DNA of 30,786 nucleotides from Chlamydiia bacterium (GTDB lineage Bacteria; Chlamydiota; Chlamydiia; Chlamydiales; JBMOFD01). Made by a program: the position numbers and the translations under genes. A model generated the notes under the pieces. It was not told where the DNA came from. It saw only the letters and a program-made list of their open reading frames with translations, and ran no database searches. This document shows positions 16,772 through 25,400 of this stretch, in pieces; positions within the stretch are counted from its first letter, which is position 1, and every line of letters begins with the position of its first letter. Location of the stretch: the NCBI GenBank assembly GCA_049314435.1, contig JBMOFD010000013.1:1-30786 (forward strand). Reading direction: 5' to 3'.

Positions 16772-17024
16772 GTTAGTCCTAACTGCTATGGACCGGACTC
16801 TCGTCCTGGGGACTACCACTCTCCTACGAGCCGTGATTATTGGGCAATGCGGCGGCCGCCTAACTCCTCTCGCGGCGGCCCTCCGTAAGATCGATCTGTG
16901 AGCCTTTTCGCGGAGTGATTACACTAAGTCACAGATCGCTCAGTGGCGGGGCTTCTAGTCTGCCTGCCAACCGACCCTTCTCCAAGCTGACTCGACCAAC
17001 GCTCGAGTAGAACATGAGGTGCCT

Positions 17025-17903
17025 ATGCCCGCCCCACATTCCAGACCGCAAACCACGGTCAAGAGGTCACTCTCTTGGCATGGCATTGGGGTTCATACTG
17101 GGCGTACCATAGCTCTACACCTCCACCCTATGGAGGCTCACCATGGCATCCAGTTTGTCCGCACGGACATCATTGGGGCCTCGCCCATCCGAGCCCACTG
17201 GAGCAATGTGCAGGATGCAACACGCAACAACACCACATTGGGCGTACAAGGGACGACCATCTCGACGGTGGAGCATCTTCTGTCAGCCCTCACGGCGCTA
17301 GGCGTTGATAACTGCCTCATCGAGGTCGATGGTCCAGAGCTGCCGATCCTAGATGGCAGTGCTCTACCCTACGCTGAATCGATCCGTGACCATGGCCTGC
17401 AGACTCTTTCTGCTGAGAAGATCGTGCACAACCTAGAGCGGCCGGTGTGGTGGTCTGAAGGTCAGATTCAGCTGGTAGCGCTTCCTTCCGATCACTACCA
17501 GGTTTCCTATACCTTGCATTATCCCCAACACGCTCTCCTGCAAGCTCAGTTTCATCATTACGTCGTCGACTCTGCTACCTTCAAGAGCGAGATCGCTCCC
17601 TGCCGCACCTTTGCTCTTGCTGAAGAGCTGGAGGTTTTACGACGCCGTGGCCTGATCCGAGGGGGGAGTCTAGAGAACGCTGTGGTGATCCAGGGCGATA
17701 CGATCTTGAATCCGGAAGGTCTACGCCTTCCTCAGGAGATGGTCCGCCATAAGATTTTGGACATGATCGGAGACCTCACGTTAGTTGGGGAATCCTTCAA
17801 TGCTCACATCATCGCGATCCGCTCGGGGCACGCCTCCAACGTTGCCTTGGCACGTCGACTATCAGAGGCTCTGGAAGCCGCCACCATTACCGGAGCCTCC
17901 TAG
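17025..17903 (+). CDS. lpxC: UDP-3-O-acyl-N-acetylglucosamine deacetylase
   Basis: GIGVHTG, TVEHLLSAL, ELPILDGSA, EIAPCRTF, GGSLENA, HKILD and SGH; GAGGT RBS before ATG 17025. Confidence 0.97.
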   Translation: MPAPHSRPQTTVKRSLSWHGIGVHTGRTIALHLHPMEAHHGIQFVRTDIIGASPIRAHWSNVQDATRNNTTLGVQGTTISTVEHLLSALTALGVDNCLIEVDGPELPILDGSALPYAESIRDHGLQTLSAEKIVHNLERPVWWSEGQIQLVALPSDHYQVSYTLHYPQHALLQAQFHHYVVDSATFKSEIAPCRTFALAEELEVLRRRGLIRGGSLENAVVIQGDTILNPEGLRLPQEMVRHKILDMIGDLTLVGESFNAHIIAIRSGHASNVALARRLSEALEAATITGAS

Positions 17904-17908
17904 AGATC

Positions 17909-18352
17909 ATGTCCACAACACTTCCATGGGAAAGTGATGTAGTTGAAGAGATCCTACCCCACCGCTCTCCCATGCTCTGGGTGGATCGGGTGATGGCCCT
18001 CGATCTCGAGGCTCCTTCCATTTTGGCTTGGAAACTCATCCGTCCTACAGAGAGTTGGGTGCAGGGTCATTTCCCTGATCGACCGATCGTGCCGGGCATC
18101 TTTCTCCTCGAAGCCATGGCTCAGGCTGGGGGGCTTCTTCTCCATGCGTTGGGCTATGACAAAACCGCTTTGTTTTTAAGCATTACAGGGGCAAAATTCC
18201 GACGCTCTGTTCATCCGAATGACGCCCTCTATCTCTATGTGCGCGCACTGCATGTGAGCTCGCGTGGAAGCCGAATGGAAGGGCGGGTCCTCATCGATGA
18301 TGTGGAGCTTGCTTGCGAATCAGAATTTTCGTTAGCTATGGTCAGCCAGTAG
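17909..18352 (+). CDS. fabZ: 3-hydroxyacyl-ACP dehydratase
   Basis: LPHRSPMLWVD and GHFPDRPIVPGIFLLEAMAQ; lies between lpxC and lpxA. Confidence 0.95.
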   Translation: MSTTLPWESDVVEEILPHRSPMLWVDRVMALDLEAPSILAWKLIRPTESWVQGHFPDRPIVPGIFLLEAMAQAGGLLLHALGYDKTALFLSITGAKFRRSVHPNDALYLYVRALHVSSRGSRMEGRVLIDDVELACESEFSLAMVSQ

Positions 18353-18370
18353 TCTCTATAGGGTCCCATC

Positions 18371-19195
18371 ATGTCTATGCAGATCCATCCCACGGCGATC
18401 ATTTATGAGGGCGCTCAGCTAGGCCCTGATGTGACCGTTGGTCCCTATGTGGTCATTGGACCACATGTCACTCTAGGCGAAGGGGTTGTCGTTCAATCCC
18501 ACTCCGTGATCGAGGGGCATACGACGATTGGTCCTGGCACCAAGATCTTTCCCCACGCGGTCATTGGAACACAGACACAGGATCTGAAGTACCGAGGCGA
18601 GCGTACCTTTGTCGACATTGGGGCGCGCTGCCAGATCCGCGAGTTTGTCACCATCAATAGCAGTAGTGGGGAGGACACTCGGGTGTCCGTTGGAGATGAG
18701 TGTCTCATCATGGCATGCTGCCATGTGGCCCATCACTGCAGCGTAGGTTCACGTGTGATCATGGCCAACGGGGTGCTTTTGGCTGGTCATGTGACCATCG
18801 AGGAGGGCGCGACCATCGGGGGTATGACGCCGATTCATCAATGGGTTCGTATCGGTCGCCATGCGATGGTCGGCGGTATGAGTGGTGTGGGCTATGACGT
18901 GCCGCCCTACATGATCGGAGGTGGCGTGCCCTTCAGGATGGGCGGCATCAACCTCGTGGGTCTGAAGAGACGGAATGTACCTCTTACGACCAGAAATGAA
19001 CTGGCCTTAGCCTTCCGGATCCTCTATCGACAGAAGCTGCGCACTCATGAGGCAATGGCCGAGATCGCCAAGTGCTGCCAACCTGTCCCCGAGATCCTCC
19101 ACCTGCTTGAGTTCATCCAAGCCACTTCCCGTGGCCTCGTCTGCATGCATGGCGCGACCGAGGGCTCCCGTCAAGAAGCTGATTCGTCATGCTAA
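18371..19195 (+). CDS. lpxA: UDP-N-acetylglucosamine acyltransferase
   Basis: IHPTAII, hexapeptide repeats, QDLKYRGE, IREFVTI, HVAHHC, LAGHV, DVPPY and INLVGLKRR. Confidence 0.97.
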   Translation: MSMQIHPTAIIYEGAQLGPDVTVGPYVVIGPHVTLGEGVVVQSHSVIEGHTTIGPGTKIFPHAVIGTQTQDLKYRGERTFVDIGARCQIREFVTINSSSGEDTRVSVGDECLIMACCHVAHHCSVGSRVIMANGVLLAGHVTIEEGATIGGMTPIHQWVRIGRHAMVGGMSGVGYDVPPYMIGGGVPFRMGGINLVGLKRRNVPLTTRNELALAFRILYRQKLRTHEAMAEIAKCCQPVPEILHLLEFIQATSRGLVCMHGATEGSRQEADSSC

Positions 19196-20145
19196 AGTGC
19201 GTGTACTTTGGGACACCGCCGATTGCCGCGCATATCCTCGAGGTCCTGCTTAAGTCGGCCTGCTGCGAGATCGTCGGCGTGGTCACGCGTATGGACCGTC
19301 CGCAGGGGCGTTCCTCCCAACTCATTCCCTCTGCAGTCAAAGTCGTCGCTCAACAAGCTGGGCTGCCCTTGTGGCAAGCTCCCCGCATGCACCTGCCCGA
19401 GTCCCTAGAATGGCTCAAGGAGCGTCAAGCTGATCTGTTCATCGTCGTGGCGTTTGGTGAGATTTTGAGGCAGGTCGTTCTTGATCTCCCCAGACTGGGC
19501 TGCATCAATGTGCACGCGAGCCTGCTACCCGCCTATCGCGGAGCGGCCCCCATGCAGTGGTCTCTGATCCACGGAGATGCGGTCACTGGCATCACCATCC
19601 AGAAGATGGTCCTGGCTTGCGATGCAGGGGATCTGCTCGGACAATCGAGTCTAGCCATAGACCCCAACTGGACGCGCGCGGAACTCGAGCTAGCCCTAGA
19701 GAACCTGTCTGGACCTCTCCTTCAGAAGACCATTCTGGAGCTAGAGGCGGGCACGGCCGTCGCCGTTTCACAAGATGAATCGCAAGTCACCTGGGCCCCC
19801 AAGATCGAGCTCGCTGACTGTGCCCTTGATTTCCATAGGCCTGCTCTAGAACTCCACCACCTCATCTGTGGTGTCAGTCCTGAACCAGGAGCCTGGTGCT
19901 GGAAGCAAGCCCCTGGCAAGGCCTGTAGGTTGCGTGTCCTACGCTCAGCGGTGGCCTCTGCGGAGAAAGCGGACCGACAGCCAGGCGATGGCTGGATTGA
20001 AGGCAAGCATCTGTACGTGGCTTGCGGAGAGGGTGTACTGGAGCTTCTCGCCGTGCAGTTGGAAGGCAAGGCCCTTCAGCCTATCCAAGCTTTCATCAAT
20101 GGGTTGCAGAGCCGCAGCCTGCAACTAGGCATCTCTGCTCCCTAG
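19189..20145 (+). CDS. fmt: Methionyl-tRNA formyltransferase
   Basis: YFGTP, VVTRMDRPQGR, INVHASLLPAYRGAAPMQ, TGITI..M..DAGD and TWAPKI. Confidence 0.96.
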   Translation: MLKCVYFGTPPIAAHILEVLLKSACCEIVGVVTRMDRPQGRSSQLIPSAVKVVAQQAGLPLWQAPRMHLPESLEWLKERQADLFIVVAFGEILRQVVLDLPRLGCINVHASLLPAYRGAAPMQWSLIHGDAVTGITIQKMVLACDAGDLLGQSSLAIDPNWTRAELELALENLSGPLLQKTILELEAGTAVAVSQDESQVTWAPKIELADCALDFHRPALELHHLICGVSPEPGAWCWKQAPGKACRLRVLRSAVASAEKADRQPGDGWIEGKHLYVACGEGVLELLAVQLEGKALQPIQAFINGLQSRSLQLGISAP

Positions 20146-20254
20146 TATCCTCGTGTAAGACACACATAATAGTTACCGCTTTAATATATGCCTTGTTTGT
20201 GTAATTACATGAACCCGACTTACCATACTTGTCACACTTGCCTTGGATGGAGGA

Positions 20255-21475
20255 ATGATGAGTCAGTCGAATGGTGTAGGTTCCTCACTGAGTGGCTTGT
20301 TGTCATTTTGCACTCTCAGATTGCAGGAGGGAGAGGCTGCTAAGGAGGCCAATAGAGAGCCCCAGGAGAACAGAACTTCCCTGAAGGACGTAGAGGCCGT
20401 AAGTCAGTGTTTGCGGAATGGGGAATACCTTCCACTCCTGCGGGCGGTTTGCCGTCCTTTAGAACCAGGGGAGCGACTCCGCTTTCTGAGAGAAAATGCC
20501 GGGATGCATGGTCCTCTTTTACTCGAACAGGCCGCGGCAGAAGTAGCGGATATCGTAAAGAACGAGGCTCTTTCGAAGGCCGCGAAGATTGAAGCGGTGC
20601 AGCAGAGACTCCCGACCATTCTGAACAAAGCCAAACTAGCCATGTACATGCTAGAATTTTTGGTGAGGAATCTCTCTCCCAAAGGATTTTTGGAGGCTGA
20701 GCAAATCGGGTTTCAACGGTTGTTTAGTAACATTACCGAAGCTTCAGCCCGTGACATTGATTGCGTGGCTGGTTGCATGAAGCGCTGCATCAAAGATGAC
20801 AAGATGCTTGTCGAGCAGCGTCTGCAAATGATCTACCAACGGACGATCAGCAAACTTGGTGTGAAATACGGTCTAGAAGACGGACTCAGAGAGTCAAATC
20901 TCATTCCAAAAGGCTCCAATCATCAACATTTTCTTGATGGGCACATGATGAGCCGGACCTGTCTGAAACGTCTTGAGCAGAATGAGGATCTTGAAGGCCC
21001 AAGCACTTGGAATGAGCCTCAACAGCGAGGACGTCTGCGGGGCTTCCTTTCTGCCTATTCTGAGAATTGCAGGAAAAACTTACATAAAGCTATTGAAGGC
21101 TACTTTTCTGCAGGCAGTCAGCCGCTGAATAGCAATGACACTCCAGAAGAAGCCAAGGCCTGTTTAGATGGCCTACTGCAACGATTTGAGGGAGGGACTC
21201 TCAGCGCTGATGAGGTGAGCATACAGGCTGCGCCGCTATTCGAACGGATGAATCCGGAACCAAGAGCCTCTAAAGCCCCCACAGACGTCCCTGATGAGGC
21301 CACGAGATCCTATCTCGAACAGAGGCGGAATCTGGGCGTAGATAGTCCTGAATCCAGAGAGACAAGTGCAGCTAGCATCATCGAGCGGCTTGAGCGCCTA
21401 TCAAGGCTTGTTGGGAATGCAAGCTCGAGCAGTTCTGATAGCGGAGGCCAGAAAGAAGACTGCTCCATCATGTGA
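20255..21475 (+). CDS. Hypothetical helical protein ending in the CaaX motif CSIM (candidate secreted effector)
   Basis: ORF of about 406 aa; GGAGG before ATG 20255/20258; Ser-rich N-terminus; C-terminus SSSSSDSGGQKEDCSIM-stop; no family recognised. Confidence 0.7.
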   Translation: MMSQSNGVGSSLSGLLSFCTLRLQEGEAAKEANREPQENRTSLKDVEAVSQCLRNGEYLPLLRAVCRPLEPGERLRFLRENAGMHGPLLLEQAAAEVADIVKNEALSKAAKIEAVQQRLPTILNKAKLAMYMLEFLVRNLSPKGFLEAEQIGFQRLFSNITEASARDIDCVAGCMKRCIKDDKMLVEQRLQMIYQRTISKLGVKYGLEDGLRESNLIPKGSNHQHFLDGHMMSRTCLKRLEQNEDLEGPSTWNEPQQRGRLRGFLSAYSENCRKNLHKAIEGYFSAGSQPLNSNDTPEEAKACLDGLLQRFEGGTLSADEVSIQAAPLFERMNPEPRASKAPTDVPDEATRSYLEQRRNLGVDSPESRETSAASIIERLERLSRLVGNASSSSSDSGGQKEDCSIM

Positions 21476-21510
21476 TTCCCAGAGGTCTTCGACCATGGGT
21501 TCCTAAGAAG

Positions 21511-21543
21511 GAGACGGCCCTCAATTTGAGGGCCGTCTTATTT
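21511..21543. terminator. Intrinsic terminator-like hairpin between convergent genes
   Basis: AGACGGCCCTCA-ATT-TGAGGGCCGTCT, a perfect 12-bp stem (21512-21538), followed by TATTT. Confidence 0.75.
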
Positions 21544-21559
21544 CAACTGACGCTGCGTT

Positions 21560-21988
21560 CTAGCCTTCTAAGATGGTCTTCATTTTTTCCAAAGCCATCG
21601 CCCAGCCTGCATTAGAATGAGCCGCTGACTCCTCGGTCGCATGGCCTTCCTGCGTAACCTGCAGCCTGGTTCCATTCTTCTCTGGGGTGAGCTGGTAGGT
21701 CGTGAGCTGGTAATTTTCCGGCGTATCAGGTTTGCCAGAGAAGCCCGACCAGTAGGTCGAGACAATGCGCTGGTATGGTTCGAAGTGCACCACCTTGCCT
21801 TTGTCTTGGTAGGATTTACCTTCCCACACACCGCTGTAGGTGATGGTGCTGCCCACCTTCCAATCGGTCGCCATATCTGTGCCAAACAGATACTGCTTCA
21901 CCAGCTCTGGCTTGGTCAGAGCCTCCCAGACCCTCGCTGGAGGCACATGGATGAAGATTTCCGCTTTGGCCGTGAATGTTCCGCTCAT
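21560..21988 (-). CDS. SRPBCC/AHSA1-like ligand-binding domain protein
   Basis: IHVPPARVWEALTKPELVKQY, TDWKVGS, GTRLQVTQ and GW..ALEKMK..LE; GAGGA upstream of ATG 21988. Confidence 0.9.
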   Translation of the reverse strand: MSGTFTAKAEIFIHVPPARVWEALTKPELVKQYLFGTDMATDWKVGSTITYSGVWEGKSYQDKGKVVHFEPYQRIVSTYWSGFSGKPDTPENYQLTTYQLTPEKNGTRLQVTQEGHATEESAAHSNAGWAMALEKMKTILEG

Positions 21989-22035
21989 GTCCAAGTCCTC
22001 TGGCAAGATCGATAGAAGATCTTACCACCTAGCAT

Positions 22036-22069
22036 GAAGAAAGAAAGCTGAAGCCTGTGGACTTCAGCC
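22036..22069 (-). terminator. Intrinsic terminator downstream of the 78-aa ORF
   Basis: Minus strand reads GGCTGAAGTC-CACA-GGCTTCAGCT followed by TTCTTTCTTC. Confidence 0.65.
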
Positions 22070-22093
22070 ACTCCCGGGAAGAGCCTCTCGAAC

Positions 22094-22330
22094 CTATCCC
22101 CTAATAGCCCGATCCTCGAAATGACCGCTCTCATAGCCTCCAGTCACTTGGAGCACATTTAGCGTGCGAAGAATCTCTCTAATCTCCCCCTGCAGCAGCA
22201 CCTCTGTCTTGCGACCGTTATCCGCGTATTGAGTTGTGCATGTATGTGAACACTCCTCACCGCGGCTCGGATTCATCTCTATAGGAACCATCTGACAGGC
22301 CCCAATATCAAATCTGCTAATGGCCGACAT
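22094..22330 (-). CDS. Small hypothetical protein (78 aa)
   Basis: GGAGG RBS 6 nt before ATG; fills the intergenic gap; followed by a terminator-like hairpin. Confidence 0.6.
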   Translation of the reverse strand: MSAISRFDIGACQMVPIEMNPSRGEECSHTCTTQYADNGRKTEVLLQGEIREILRTLNVLQVTGGYESGHFEDRAIRG

Positions 22331-22341
22331 GGCAAACCTCC

Positions 22342-22373
22342 AAAAAAAGAGCCGAAGTCAGCGACCTCGGCTC
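22342..22373 (-). terminator. Rho-independent terminator of secDF
   Basis: Minus strand reads GAGCCGAGGTC-GCT-GACTTCGGCTC followed by T7, 33 nt after the secDF stop. Confidence 0.85.
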
Positions 22374-22406
22374 GAACTAGTCTAAAACTGGCCTGCTCTC
22401 TGCAGA

Positions 22407-25400
22407 TCAGACCTCTTGTCTTGCGATGATGGACTGTGGTCCCTTTTGCTGCAGCCAGACCAGAACAGGTGTGGCAATGACCCAGGAACTCACGGTCCCG
22501 ATGAGGATCCCGATGAAGAGAGTCAGGGCAAATCCGAAGATCGCTGGACCACCCAACAGAAGGAGAATCAACACAACAAGCAAGGTCGTCCCACTCGTCA
22601 TGACTGTCCTCGAGAGGGTGGCATTGAGCGCATGGTTGCAGATCTCCACAAAGGCCACCCTACGGTGGGCCTTCATGTCCTCACGAATACGGTCGAAGAT
22701 GATGATCGTATCATTGAGTGAGTACCCAAGGATCGTCATCAACGCAGCAATGAGCGACATGTCGATATGCACCGACACACCCCCAAAAGCCAACAGGGAG
22801 ACCACCGCTAAGGTCGCCAAGACGTCATTGGCAAGGCAGACCACGGCCGCCAGAGCAAAACGCCACTCGAATCGCAGTGCTAGGTAGAGCAGCATCGCAC
22901 CGAGAGCTAGGAGCAGAGACATCCCCGCAGCCCATCTCATCGTATCGCTATATTGGCCGCTCAACGCGCTCCAGGAACGATCCAGATGCTGGTAGCTCTC
23001 AGGAGCGATCTGCACTCCACCCTTAGCCAGAGCTCTAGCCGTCCACATCAGTCTTGGATTGAGCTCAAACGCATATTTGAAGCTCCCCTCACGATAGAGG
23101 GGCATGCCAGCAAACGGCTGTCCAGGTTCATCCAACCCTTGGCTTAGCTGGATCATAAGATCCTGCGGACGGTTGAGTTCACGTACCTGGTAACTACCTG
23201 GATGTAGGCCTGCCTTACTGAGCGCCTCAAGTGTCATCACACGAGGGGAGAGCTCTTGAGTACCACGCACTTCGATCTGCAAGGTGTAGCCACCTGTGAA
23301 GTCGATCCCAAAGATCTGATGTCTTTGAGGAACCAAGAGAGCCACTCCACCGATGATCAGAGCAAGCGATGCCAACATGCATGCGCGGCCCCACTTCAAG
23401 AAATTGATCTGGGGCCGTTCAAAGGCCTGCATCATATGCAAAGTCTTATGTACGCCTCTCTGCAACCATCCTTCAAACACAAAGCGAGTGAGGAAGAGCG
23501 CTGTGAACATCGAGCTCACAATACCAATGATCAACGTCAGCGCAAAGCCCTTGAGAGGCCCTGAGTCGAAGTTCAGCAGGATGAGGCCTGCAATGATTGT
23601 GGTGATGCTCGAGTCGATGATCGCGCTGAAGGACTTTTTATACCCTGCAGTAACGGCCTGAGCTAGTCTACCCGAGGCAGCTAACTCTTCGCGCATCCTC
23701 TCGAAGACCAGTACGTTCGCATCCACCGCCATACCCAGCGTCAACACAATCCCCGCCAGACCTGGTAGGGTGAGCGTAGCCTGGATGTTCTGAAGAACCG
23801 CCCAGAGAATGAGCAAGTTCACCACGAGAGCGACCGAAGCAATGATCCCCGCAAAGCGGTAGTAGATCAGCATGGCAGCGATCACAGCCACTAGAGCCAG
23901 AACCGTACTCATGATACCTGCCATACGCTCCTCAGCACCTAGCTCGGGGCTAATGTTGGCTTCAGAGAGGATAACGGGTGTGAAGGAGAGCGAGCCCGCT
24001 TTCAGATCAGCTACCAGACGATTCACTTCACGCTGCGAGAAACTGCCCGTAATCATGGCAGAGTCTCTAAGAGCACTTTCTAGGGCTGGCGAGCTGATGA
24101 CCGATCCGTTGAGGATCACAGCCATTCTCCATCCACGTCCTGCCGTGACTGCCTCGCGTGGCGTTCCTGCCAAACGATCCTGCGCAAACTCCGAGGTCCA
24201 AGCATAGAACAGTTCCTGCGGGTCGATCCTTTGACCGTCGCGGTCGTTCGCCCGGGATTTCACCTGGAAAGCAAGGTAGTTCCCGCGTGTGGGGTCGTAG
24301 GCCGCGTGCACCTGATCGAGATTGGCTCCCTCTAGCGCATAGTTACGGAACGTGATCACTAAAGGATGAGTCTGGCCCATCCACTGATTCATCCCGTCAC
24401 CGCGAAGAACCGCGATCATCGATAAGTCATCGCTGAAGGTGGCGTGCATGCCCTGTTCAGGGTGTGCAATATGCAAGCCCGCTTCGACCAAAGCCGCTGC
24501 CGCAGGACTCCGCCCTGACAACATGAACTGCTCTTCTTCGGACTGACCTAAGAGAGAGCGTGCAATGTGGTTAAGAGAGATGGGGTCCTTACGATTCGTG
24601 ACCACCGCTTCACTCCAAACCTCCTGCAGGAATTGCTGCACGGCATCGTAGGCGGGGGCCTGCGGATTCGCAAACCTCTCATTCAAGATGTGGAAGTACA
24701 TGGAGCTTCCCTTCACAAGTTCAGCAGCACTCAGGCTCTGTAACCCAGGGAAGTCGATGACAAGAGAGTTCCCCTCTTGCCGCAGGGTCGTCTCCGACAC
24801 TCCCATGCGGTTGACCCTCTGCTGGAGCTCATTGAGGCCCTGCTTCAAAGCGTCAGGGTTTGTGACCGTCTGTCCCTGTACGTCGCGCAGCTCGAGTCGT
24901 ACTGTCTTCCCTCCGCTAAGGTCCAGGCCCCAGCGCAGAATTTTCCGATCATCCCCTCGCACATACTTGCGAGCACTCAGCATCAGATTCGATAGGAAGG
25001 CGTTGTGTGTAGGAGCCGGCACCTCATAGCGCTGGAGAGGATTCACGGCGACCTGAGCCGATCGATACTCATCACGCCATTTCAGGATGTCTTCATGTTC
25101 TTGGGTCTCGATGCGATTGAGCGTCAAAATCCTCTGCTCTACATCGGAGAGTTCTAGAGCAGCAAACCGACCCGTCCCGCGGATATGGAAATCCTCCCGC
25201 GTCGCGGCCATAAGGGTCTGCGCAGCATGATCATTCTCATAGATCACGTCGGCTTTCATCAGCCCTGGGAGCGCTGCATAGCTTCCCTCAACAGCCTTGA
25301 AGAGCCCGTGCGAACGCAGAATCCCTTGCAGGCGATCTAAGTCCTTACGAAGCTGTACCGCCTCCGGAGCCTGTGGAGCCTCAGCGTACTTGTCCTTCAA

